Shown piece after piece: positions 10,548 through 20,886 of a stretch of DNA of 64,000 nt; position 1 is the first letter of the stretch, and every line of letters starts with the position of its first letter. Source of the DNA: Histomonas meleagridis 2922-C6/04-290x (taxonomy: Eukaryota > Protista > Parabasalia); assembly GCA_020184695.1 (NCBI GenBank), contig JAANOX010000205.1, positions 186,001 to 250,000 of the forward strand. Direction: 5' to 3'. The translations under genes and the position numbers were made by a program. The notes below the pieces were generated by a model. That model made no database searches and was not told the DNA's origin. It worked only from the letters and a program-made list of their open reading frames with translations.

Positions 10548-11894
10548 TTATTCGCATGCTTCTATTGCCGTTAATGTTTCTATCATTGCCAATTCCTTTT
10601 CAGGCACTTCTTTCATTTTTAGTTGACTTATTAATTCATCTCTTTTATTTTGTCCATATTTCGAAATGAAATCGTATGCCATTTCATAATTATCTCCAAG
10701 TCCTTTTCGCGCTTCGTTTTCAAGTTTCCTTTTCCTTTCCTTTAAATTGCCAGTAATCATTTGTGGCGTTATATTCATTGGCAAAGATTTTATCGATTGT
10801 CTTGAAATTGATGATCGAACAACGCCCAATAATCGATTTGCGTCTTTTTCGAGATGTTTCATACTTTGCATCAAAAGTTCTTCCCCAACGTTATCACCTG
10901 AAATGATCCAATTTGGCATTATTCCTTGTTCAAGTTCATCATCGTCATCTTCTTCTTCAAATGAATTCAGGTCGCTTCTACGTGGCGATGTTTTGTTGCT
11001 CCTCGGCGACGATGGCGCTGATGACTTGTGGTGCTTGTTTGTTGACTTTTGGTTCCCATGATTGCCGCTGAAATAACGCGTCAGTTTTGCTTGTAAAGCA
11101 TTCAATCCTTGGCCGATGACGTCGGTTTGAATGATGTCTTTGCACGTAGGACGTTTAGATGGGTCTTGATCAAGCATTTGGATGAGAAGATCGGTAAGAC
11201 CACGTGAATAGTTATCTGGAATTGGTGGCTTTTTGCCGCTCATTATGTTGGAAAATAATTCTTCTCGTGATTGACCTGTGAATGCATGTCGGCCTGTAAG
11301 AAGTTCATAAAGAACACAACCAGCAGCCCAGATATCAGCCGGAAATCCATACTTTTGTCCTTTAAGAAGTTCTGGGCATAGGAAAAAAGGAGTTCCTATC
11401 ATTGAAGACGCAAGATTATCTTCGCCAACTTTTCGAGCAATACCAAAATCGCCAAGTTTGACAAGGCCTTTTCGAAAGAGGAAAACATTCGCTGTTTTGA
11501 TATCACGATGTAAAATGTTTTGAGAATGTATGTAATCAAGGCCAAGAATTAGTTGAGTAAATATTTGAAGAACTTGTTTTTCGGATAGCTCGTGATGAGT
11601 TTTGAGATATTTTTGGAGATCTTTTCCGTCTGCATATTCTTGAACAATATAAAAGTCGCCTTGTTGATCGAAGAAAGAGTCAATGTACATTATGACGTTG
11701 GGGTGGCTCATTCTGGAAAGTAATTTGGCTTCGCGTAACGCAGAATCTTTACTTTTGGAATCTTTCATGTGAATTGCTTTGACAACAACATGCTCATTGG
11801 TTTTGGTGTCCCGCATGAGGTATATCTTCCCATAACTCCCCTTGCCAATTTGCCGGGGGTCCTTGTAGCGCTTCGTGGGGAGCGTTAAAGACAT
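10548..11894 (-). CDS. NEK (NIMA-related) Ser/Thr kinase
   Basis: GKGSYG, HRDIKTANVFL, DFG, GTPFFLCPE; basic/Ser-rich and coiled C-terminus. Confidence 0.9.
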   Translation of the reverse strand: MSLTLPTKRYKDPRQIGKGSYGKIYLMRDTKTNEHVVVKAIHMKDSKSKDSALREAKLLSRMSHPNVIMYIDSFFDQQGDFYIVQEYADGKDLQKYLKTHHELSEKQVLQIFTQLILGLDYIHSQNILHRDIKTANVFLFRKGLVKLGDFGIARKVGEDNLASSMIGTPFFLCPELLKGQKYGFPADIWAAGCVLYELLTGRHAFTGQSREELFSNIMSGKKPPIPDNYSRGLTDLLIQMLDQDPSKRPTCKDIIQTDVIGQGLNALQAKLTRYFSGNHGNQKSTNKHHKSSAPSSPRSNKTSPRRSDLNSFEEEDDDDELEQGIMPNWIISGDNVGEELLMQSMKHLEKDANRLLGVVRSSISRQSIKSLPMNITPQMITGNLKERKRKLENEARKGLGDNYEMAYDFISKYGQNKRDELISQLKMKEVPEKELAMIETLTAIEACE

Positions 11895-12041
11895 TATACA
11901 TTTGTGTTCGAAATGATCGTTGCGTATCGTCTGAGGCTTCCATAGTCACTTTTCGGTTGTTATGAAGCGATAGGTTGTCACTTTTTCATCCTTGATCGAT
12001 TAAAATGCATTTAAAAAGTGGTGTTCGTCAAAATTATCTAA

Positions 12042-14629
12042 ATGAATGATTTGGAAATGTTACAATTAATCCAGGAAATAATGTTTGGTTTAAATAATGA
12101 AAATATTAAGCAGTCATTAAGTTCAATGATCAATTTATTTAATACTGAATATTCATATTCTTTTAATCTAATTATTACGCAAATGGTATGTACATCCTTT
12201 GATATTAAATTTAGTAAATTTGATCCATATTTTGAACTTATGAAAGGAATTGAAGCATTTGAAGAAACTAATAAAATAGAATTTAAAATAATTGACATAT
12301 TCTTAAATAAACTTCTAGATAAAACAACACAAAAATCATGTCATCTTATAGAAGCAATGATCAATTTGAACCTTATTGATTCAAATGTTATTGACAAATT
12401 GGTAGAACCTTATTTTATACACCGTATGGGAGAAGAAAAAATTAGAAAAAATGAAGAATTTTTGAAACAGAACATATTAAATTATGAAATGGTTTCAAAG
12501 AATGATTTCGAACTTCATAAGAAATATGTTAAAGAAGAACAAAATCCAAATGAAATAGAAAAAATAATTCGAAATGATGAAATGGAAAAACTTCAAGAAA
12601 TATCATCACAAACAAATTTTGATTTTAGTCAAAAAATTGAGAAATCACTTTATGAAAGATATGAATTTATTAATGAATGGAATGTTACATTAATTGATTA
12701 TGCAGCATTTTTTGGATCAATTAAATGTTTTAAATATTTACTTATGAATAATGCTAATGTATATAACACAGGTAAATATGCAATTGCAGGTGGAAATCTT
12801 GAAATCATTCATTTATGTGAACAAAATTATTCATCATTTGAAGAGTCATATGAAACAGCAATTGAATTCCATAAAAACGAAATTTTTCATTATCTTTATG
12901 ATAAAAAAATAGAAGAATTGAATTTGAAACGATTAGGAAAGAAATGTATTTTATATCATAATTATGAAATTTTATCATTTTTGATTAAAGAAGGATTGAA
13001 AATTAATAATGATATCATTAATAAATCAGCAAAAATTGGAAATTTGTTTCTAATAAAGCATTTTCTGAATGGAAGCCAACTTCCCAAAGATATTTTAGTT
13101 TATTCTTCTGGTTCTGGAAATATTGAACTTGTTAAATATTTGTTAAAACAAAAAGTTATTGATATTAATGCTAAAAATATTCGTTTATCTTATTTAAAAT
13201 ATATTTTAATGATTTTATATTTCAAAATAAAATTTGGAAATTCTTTAAATTATTTGATACAACATTAGTCTCTACATCTTTAAGTGGTCACACAGAAATA
13301 GTTAAATTACTTCTTAAACAAGAAGGAATTGATATTAATGCAAATAATATTTTATTTGTTATTTTTGATATTTGTTTATATAATTTACTATTTCAAAACA
13401 ATTTTTGGAAATTATTTCATTTATTTTGGACAGCGCTTATGTATGCAACTTATATAGGTAATATAGAAATAGTTAAACTACTTCTTGAGCAAAAAGGCAT
13501 TGTTATTAATGCTGAAAACAATTATTTGTTTTATTTTATGTTTATTTTAATAGTTTTATATTTCAAAATAATGTTTGGAAATTACTTAAAATATTTCAAA
13601 CAGCACTTATTTTAGCATCTGAAAATGGATATACAGAAATAGTTAAGTTACTTTTTGAACAAAAAGGAATTGATATTAATGCTAAAGATAATATTTATTT
13701 TGATATTTTAATATTTCAAAATAATAATTAGAAATTATGTAAATCATTTCTAACAGCACTTTTATTAGCATCTAGATTTAATAAAATTGAGATTGTAAAT
13801 TTATTACTTAAACATGATGATATTGATATAAATGTTAAAAACGTTATTTTATTTTTTCTGATAATTGTTTTTATAATATGAAATTTCATGATGATGTTTA
13901 AAATTTATTTATATTATTTCGAACCCCACTTGCCGAAGCTTCTTTTTATGGTCATACAGAGATAGTTAAATTGCTTCTCGAACATAAAGGTATTGATGTT
14001 AATGCAATGGATATTGTTTAATTTGATAATTTGATATTTCATAATAATATTTGGAAATTATATAAATTATTTAAAACAGCACTTATTCACGCATCTGAAA
14101 ATGGCCATATCGATACAGTTAAATTGCTTCTTGAACATAATGGAATTGATATTAATGCCAAAGATAATGTTTAATTTGATAATTTGATATTTCATAATAA
14201 TATTTGGAAATTATATAAATTATTTGAAACAGCACTTATTCACGCATCTGAAAATGGCCATATCGATACAGTTAAATTGCTTCTTGAACATAATGGAATT
14301 GATATTAATGCCAAAGATAATGTTTAATTTGATAATTTGATATTTCATAATAATATTTGGAAATTATATAAATTATTTGAAACAGCACTTATTTGTGCAT
14401 CTTTATATAATCAAATAGAAACAGTTAAATTACTTCTTGAACATAAAGGTATTGATATTGATACTAAAAATATTTATATTTCCTGTTTAAGATTTATTTT
14501 GTTATATTAGTATTTAAAAATAATATTTGGGAATTGTTTCATTCATTTGATACAGCATTGATGAGAGCTTCTTTTTATGGTTACACTGAAGTGGTTAAAT
14601 TAATTCGTGCAAAGCGTTATAATGTTTGA
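12042..14629 (+). CDS. DUF3447-type ankyrin protein, continuous to 13178 then 9 ankyrin modules separated by spacers
   Basis: LIDYAAFFGSIKCFKYLL and YAIAGGNLEIIH motifs; module starts 13259, 13430, 13600, 13753, 13923, 14076, 14229, 14382, 14552; terminal TGA 14627-14629. Confidence 0.8.
13179..14629 (+). repeat. Tandem ankyrin-module + spacer array (153/170/171-bp units)
   Basis: Directly counted: 90-nt modules with spacers of 80, 81, 80, 63, 80, 63, 63, 63, 80 nt. Confidence 0.95.
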
Positions 14630-15623
14630 AGATTTATTTTTTAATAATAAACTTTTACCATTAAATTCTAATTAATAACTCATTTTTTACTACATAGAGA
14701 TCTTAGTATGTTAAATAATTATATATTTATTATGAATATATTTAATAATAATATGTGTTTATAATCTATCTATGGAGTAATACTTTGTATTTTGTGCTAT
14801 ATGCCAAGAAATTCCAAAAATTGATCATGAAAACTATAATATTTAAAACATTGAGTGCTATTATTAATGACAATAAGTTAGCAATGAAATGTGTCTTAAG
14901 ACAAAATGAAATAAGAACTTTAAAATATTAGCAATTAATGATCTTATTTAATCAGAATTTTTTTTTGGATATTACTTTATGCAACACTAAACCTAATTAA
15001 ATATGTTCATAATATTTTTCTGATCATTTTTATCAAGCAAGAAAATTTCACAGAATCAACCAATGAAATGGACTTTGTAAGAGCAAATATGAACATGGTG
15101 GAATAAATCAATTCAATGTTAACAGATAATTTCAGGGGAAAAAACAAAAAGATGATTGGAGCCTTAAATAATATTCTCGTAATTAAAAATATTTGTTAAA
15201 TATTTCTTGATTTTTTTGAAACGTTGATAGGTCTGATGAAAGTTATCACAAATAAGGGAAACATCCGATTAATGCAAACTGTATGACTGAAAGTAGCTTG
15301 GATATCCTGTTTATTGATGTAAATGAATATTAAATATGTGATGATATAGTTAACATCAAAATCAAATTTATAAAATAAACTTTGTAATTTTCTCTAATAT
15401 TTAGTCATGTCTTCAACTTCTTATAAGCAGATGATCCAACGATTTTCTTTCATACATCTAAATTGTTGAACTGATCCATTTGAATTTTTTGTTAAATGTG
15501 ATGTGTATTTGGCGGCTGTCAGGTAAAAAAATTCACTTTTTGATTATGATATTATCGTTATATCATTAGTCAGTTCACAAACCACTTTAGAAAAAAGTGA
15601 CATCAAAAAAGGAAACTTCTGAG

Positions 15624-17879
15624 ATGCACAGTCAGCTATCAAGCACGGACGAAACTACATCAGAAGAAGCTCTCCCTGATATTAATGAACAAATTGTTTA
15701 TTCTGGTTCTGGTGATGCATACGATATAAATTTTAATCCGACTTCTTCTCAAATTCAAATACCAGACTTCCCAGAAATACAAGAGGCACAATCATATAAT
15801 CAGTTTTTCCAAGATTCTCTTTCTTGGAAAAAAACTGTTCGACATTTTTTTTTATTTTCTCAATTTCCTTTGCCAATTAACAGTTTCGTACAACGACCTC
15901 AAATTGTTACTCAAGTAAGGAAAAAAGGATATTTTTCAAGACGGAAAAAGCCAATAGTTTTCACCAAACAATCAATAACACAATTAGTGACTCAAGAGCC
16001 AAATCCATATTTTTACGACAGCTATTCAGAATACAAGGAAGCTCTAATCAAGTGGGCTTCCTTAAAAGAAAACAAAATTATTCATCCATCCGAACTATCC
16101 ATTAGCATTGATCAAAATCCCCCACGTCAATCCTTTAAATTCGATCCCCCAAAACTAACTCCTCCGCCTTTACTTGAATTTTTTGATAAATATCCTGAAA
16201 ATCTTGATTCAATTCAATCATCATTAGATTATCTTCAAGGTGCCAAACTACAAAAAGAACCCCAAGAAACGCAAAGTAACCAATTTTTCTTTGATGATTT
16301 TCGTTATCGCCCATATTATCAAGTTGATGATTCTTCTGCAATAATTGATGACAAAACATTTTTTTTTCTTCTTAAATCCGACACCAACATCAGCAACTTT
16401 ACCTCCGGTACTCTTTCTAGCATGTTTAGTTACATTTGTAACACGTTTAGTAATTCTCGATTATTTGGAAATTTTCGAAGTCAAATGCGTCCAGACTATT
16501 TATATCGCGCTGTTCTTATTTCATCACATTTTGTAAAGTGTAACATTGAGATTATGGATCCCGAATACAACAAAATTCGACGACTTGTGAAACATGTTGA
16601 AAACAAACACTTATTAAAACTTGTACTTAATGTCATGTGCGAAAATTATTTATTTCTTAAACTTGACATTGTATTTATCGAGCTACAACTTGAAGCGCAA
16701 ATCAACATCTTAAATCCGATATTACTTGCGACCATTGATCAAATGAGTGTCTTTTTCTCCGAGTTATATGGGAAAGACATCGCGAACATTTTCCAAAAGA
16801 ATTTAACTCCTGAAAACTCATTTTGGATCGAGAAAATGTTATCATTTATTATTGACTCCAAGTCCATTGATTTGAAATTATTTTTTTCTTTTTTCGAAAA
16901 TTCTTTTTTATATTTTTTGTACAAAATTTCATTAATTTTGCCTGAAACATTTTTAAAATTATATCATAAAATCATACATAATAATTATGTCTTAAGTGTA
17001 TTATATAATGAATATACTGAACAACATTTCTTATACGAAGAAAAATTATCGATTAAATTCATTACGTTATGTGACTTCATATTACGAATTGATAAGAAAT
17101 ATATAAATAATAATAATCCGAACAATGAAACGAAATGGATTCAAGCGCATATATTCCAATGTTATGCACGAATGGAGAGAACACGCGAAGAAATGTTCGC
17201 AATATTATTGTATTCAATCATATCGAATTCCGTCAAAAAGTATAAAAATGATGAAGCAATATACAAAGTTGTGCAAATTGCGCAAGTTTGCATATCTGAT
17301 AACATTATGCAAAATGGGTTTTCTGACGTTATAATATATTACATATTAAAATCTTATTTAGAAATGTTAAAGGTGAACTCGGCTTATAGATTATTTTATG
17401 ATGAATCAGTCCTACAAAAAATTGTTTGCCCATTATTATGTTTCGTAAGTTATAACAATAATAAAATTGCTGCACTTTCGTTCAAAATTTTCAGTACAAT
17501 GTTTCTGAAGTTTACAAAATCGGCTGTTAAAATATTCAAAAGATACACTTCAATTCTATTGAATCCGATAAAAAATTCGTTGTTTTTCCCTGACGCATTG
17601 ATTTGTATGGAGGTGATCGTTCTTTTGAAAAAGTTTATATCAAAAAATTTGACAGAAAATTCGACTTCACAAATTAACGTGCCCGATGAGTTTAATTTCT
17701 TGTTGAAGCTCTTGGATGATACGAACTTTAATATAATAAAGGCAATTGAAAAAATTAATCAATATGAAGAGATTGAAAGTTTGATACATAAAATGCATTA
17801 TATAAATGATCTGAAAAAAATATTACAGAAAAATGATAATTATCGAAAAGCAATGGCGTCGCTTTTAACAATTAGTTAA
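15624..17879 (+). CDS. Hypothetical protein
   Basis: Long ORF; first ATG at 15624 (the track start at 15597 is GTG). Confidence 0.65.
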   Translation: MHSQLSSTDETTSEEALPDINEQIVYSGSGDAYDINFNPTSSQIQIPDFPEIQEAQSYNQFFQDSLSWKKTVRHFFLFSQFPLPINSFVQRPQIVTQVRKKGYFSRRKKPIVFTKQSITQLVTQEPNPYFYDSYSEYKEALIKWASLKENKIIHPSELSISIDQNPPRQSFKFDPPKLTPPPLLEFFDKYPENLDSIQSSLDYLQGAKLQKEPQETQSNQFFFDDFRYRPYYQVDDSSAIIDDKTFFFLLKSDTNISNFTSGTLSSMFSYICNTFSNSRLFGNFRSQMRPDYLYRAVLISSHFVKCNIEIMDPEYNKIRRLVKHVENKHLLKLVLNVMCENYLFLKLDIVFIELQLEAQINILNPILLATIDQMSVFFSELYGKDIANIFQKNLTPENSFWIEKMLSFIIDSKSIDLKLFFSFFENSFLYFLYKISLILPETFLKLYHKIIHNNYVLSVLYNEYTEQHFLYEEKLSIKFITLCDFILRIDKKYINNNNPNNETKWIQAHIFQCYARMERTREEMFAILLYSIISNSVKKYKNDEAIYKVVQIAQVCISDNIMQNGFSDVIIYYILKSYLEMLKVNSAYRLFYDESVLQKIVCPLLCFVSYNNNKIAALSFKIFSTMFLKFTKSAVKIFKRYTSILLNPIKNSLFFPDALICMEVIVLLKKFISKNLTENSTSQINVPDEFNFLLKLLDDTNFNIIKAIEKINQYEEIESLIHKMHYINDLKKILQKNDNYRKAMASLLTIS

Positions 17880-18340
17880 TTAATTTGATGTCAAATTTTA
17901 TTTTATTATAATAATGATAAATAATTTTATTATTGCTTGAAAGGGTATAAAATGTAAAAGAAAATGTTTCTGGTTTTAATAAATATGAGCGAAATAAAAT
18001 TTTGTTTTGTTTTTTAATGTTATTCTTCAATATATAACATAAACCATTTTTTTGAATTTAATCAAGATGAGGTTTTCGAAGAACTCGACGTCTTTTTAAA
18101 TGGCAAATGATGAAGAAATATGTAAAAAAAATATTAATTAATAGGTAAATTTTTTTAAATATGCGAATTGATCTATCAATAATATTAATTTTTTATTAAT
18201 AAAAATTGTTACAAGTGCAAAATATAGGCATAAAGAGTTTCTAATATGACATTTCTTGTTAATGCGTATACGAAATTATCAATGAATTAAAAAATAATAA
18301 AAGGACTTTTTTAAAACACTTTTTACATATTAAAAACAGC

Positions 18341-18904
18341 TCAAAACATACTGCTTATTGTTACATTAATTTCTCTTTGTGGTGCTCCAATATCACACGC
18401 AAGATGAAACAGGCATTCATTGAAAATTGGGAGTATTGAATTAGAAGCAGAAACGGACCAAAAAGCAAGTATTGGGCAAAATGAACATAAATGATAATAT
18501 GAAATCTCAAAATTTATGACATCACTATTAAGTTTGAGTAAATAAATTTTTTCATTATCTTTATCTGAAATGTAATTTTGTACAAAGTTAGAAAGTCTGT
18601 GATATATGAGATCTCGGACTTGAGGTGATTCAAAATATTCTTGTGAAAAATTATTTTCTGTTTCCATATCTAAATCATCAATAGAAAAACATTCTTTCAT
18701 TTCTTTTGGTAAGCCAATCATTGTTCGTCGTTTTATTATATTCTTTTTCATAATTGACATTTTTTGATCAGAATCCCAGTTTAAATCATTTGGGGTTCTA
18801 CTGTTAAAAGACTTTACTTTAAACACAAATTCATTCTCATCAATCGGAGCTTCAGTATAATTTTCATTTTGTGGGTTTCTAAATAAAAAATCTTCAGTTT
18901 CCAA
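18341..18904 (-). CDS. Hypothetical protein, start uncertain
   Basis: 187-codon open frame beginning TTG with an in-frame TAA just upstream. Confidence 0.4.
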   Translation of the reverse strand: METEDFLFRNPQNENYTEAPIDENEFVFKVKSFNSRTPNDLNWDSDQKMSIMKKNIIKRRTMIGLPKEMKECFSIDDLDMETENNFSQEYFESPQVRDLIYHRLSNFVQNYISDKDNEKIYLLKLNSDVINFEISYYHLCSFCPILAFWSVSASNSILPIFNECLFHLACDIGAPQREINVTISSMF

Positions 18905-18962
18905 AATTCTTTATTGGCACTTTTATTTTTTGGTTGTACGAAATGTGATATGAAAATATTCA

Positions 18963-19655
18963 ATGAACAACAAAGCAAAGAAAGAGCAACAAAAAACGCC
19001 TCCAATGCCTGGAATGAAAAGCTTTGCGATAAGCTTTGCCGCCGGATATACATCTGGCATAGCCGGTGAGCTTTTCGCCACATGGCAAAATGGGCAATTT
19101 AATTCAAAAGGGTTAACTAAACCATCGTTCAAAGACAACTGCATAATTTCTGGCTCACAGCAAGTTGCTAAAGATTTTGTTAAGGCAGCACTCAAGAAGA
19201 ACCCTAAAATGTTGACACTTTCAAAATCAAATCCATTTTTATTTGGTGCAGCAACAGGAATTCCAATGTGGGCTTTAACAAGGATAGTTGCAACACCCCT
19301 TCAAAATAGACATAACTCAAAAGCAAAACCATATGATGGCTTCATGAAAAGTATTCTTAATGATGCAGCATATCACACAATAAAGAACGGCCTTGATGAG
19401 TACTGTGCTGCAAAAATATTTCCATGTATTCTTCCAAAGGTTGATAGCATGATTGTTCGAAAACTTGTTGAAGGATCAATTGCTGGTGTTATTGGTGGAG
19501 GAAGTTATGTTCTTGCATTCCCATTCAAGTCTATTCTTACTGGTCAAAACATTTCAGAAGCATATTCTCAATTCATCAATAATACACCAAAAGTTGCCAT
19601 CAAAAAGATTGCATATACGACAGTTCATCCAAAGTACGTCCAACTTCTTCACTAA
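18963..19655 (+). CDS. Membrane protein, possibly a highly divergent mitochondrial-carrier-like protein
   Basis: Gly/Ala-rich helices followed by P-x motifs (FGAATG..TPLQN; IAGVIGGG..FPFKS). Confidence 0.45.
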   Translation: MNNKAKKEQQKTPPMPGMKSFAISFAAGYTSGIAGELFATWQNGQFNSKGLTKPSFKDNCIISGSQQVAKDFVKAALKKNPKMLTLSKSNPFLFGAATGIPMWALTRIVATPLQNRHNSKAKPYDGFMKSILNDAAYHTIKNGLDEYCAAKIFPCILPKVDSMIVRKLVEGSIAGVIGGGSYVLAFPFKSILTGQNISEAYSQFINNTPKVAIKKIAYTTVHPKYVQLLH

Positions 19656-19738
19656 AACTCAATGTTTTCTTTTGTTTTTTAACCCCAGTAACTGGCAACC
19701 GTTTAAATTGAAAGACATGAAAAAAACGGATTCAATTA

Positions 19739-20410
19739 ATGAGTTCAAATTATAACGTTATTTCTATCGTTGTCAGATCTACAATGTCATTACAGGAGGA
19801 AAATATCAATCATTTAAACAAATCTTCTAACGAGGAAGAAGAATATGAACCACTACCTGACATGACTGCTGAAGAAATAATGACTGATATTTCTGATATC
19901 GATGCAACAATAATCGCTGTAAGATTTGATCCACAAATAGAACCAGACCAAATCATCGACCAGCTATCAAAACTAATGGAAAGAAGAAATAGGTTACAAG
20001 AACATCTCCAAAATGTAAAGGCAACAGAACTTAAAAAATTCATAGAATCTTTACAGCTGAATGAATTACAATTAAAACCATTTTATCCATCTCAAAATAG
20101 GTGCAAACTTCAGGTTAATGATAAAAAGGTCAAAAAATTAATGCAGATGCCACCTATCCAGAATAATACTTTTGACAAGGTATTCCGAACTTTCTTTGGA
20201 AAGAAACAAGAAGAGAGGCCATATACCGAAGTAGAACAACTTTCAGATCAGTATCAGTATCATATTCACAATTTAAGACAAAGTTTATATGAAGAAAGCG
20301 AGCACTACAAGCGCAAGAAATATTTATCTCCGGAAGATACAGCGTTAAAACTTCGAATAGAATCAGAATTAGTTGAAATAGATAAGTTCGACAGAACTAA
20401 AAGGAAATAA
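19739..20410 (+). CDS. Hypothetical coiled-coil protein
   Basis: 223-aa charged helical ORF. Confidence 0.6.
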   Translation: MSSNYNVISIVVRSTMSLQEENINHLNKSSNEEEEYEPLPDMTAEEIMTDISDIDATIIAVRFDPQIEPDQIIDQLSKLMERRNRLQEHLQNVKATELKKFIESLQLNELQLKPFYPSQNRCKLQVNDKKVKKLMQMPPIQNNTFDKVFRTFFGKKQEERPYTEVEQLSDQYQYHIHNLRQSLYEESEHYKRKKYLSPEDTALKLRIESELVEIDKFDRTKRK

Positions 20411-20645
20411 AATGTATTTTAATCAAAATTTTAATTAACGGAAATAATTGTTGCAATTGTGTGCACACTACGTAGTGCTTAGATTTAAGTGAAGAAATAA
20501 AATTTACAAATTATGTTTTTTGATAACATCGCTTTTTTAGCCACCACACTTAATATGAGTTTCTCTCTTTGTTAAAGATATTTGGAAAAAAATTTATTTT
20601 GCAGATTTTTTATACTCTAAAAATCATTTTTAAAAAAACAAAAAA

Positions 20646-20727
20646 CGACACGAACCAGATTCGAACTGATGAGGGATAAACCCATGGGGACTCAAATCCC
20701 ACGCCTTAACCACTCGGCCATCGTGCC
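20646..20727 (-). tRNA. tRNA-Ser(TGA), 82 nt
   Basis: GGCACGA/TCGTGTC acceptor stem, TGGCCGAGTGGTTAAGGC D arm, long variable arm, TTCGAAT T loop, G73, downstream T-run terminator. Confidence 0.9.
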
Positions 20728-20886
20728 ATACAATTTTTATAAAAATTTCATCTAATTAATATCAAATTATCAATATATCTCGAACATTCGTTTTTGAACA
20801 AGAAGTAATTGATATTAACGATATAGCTTCATATAAGAAAATTAAAAAATTAACACCATAATAATATATTTATTACAAATTTTCTT

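Noticed and set aside
13179-14629. CRISPR array
   Set aside because: The repeated part encodes ankyrin, the spacers are homologous to each other rather than unique, the context is eukaryotic and no cas genes are present
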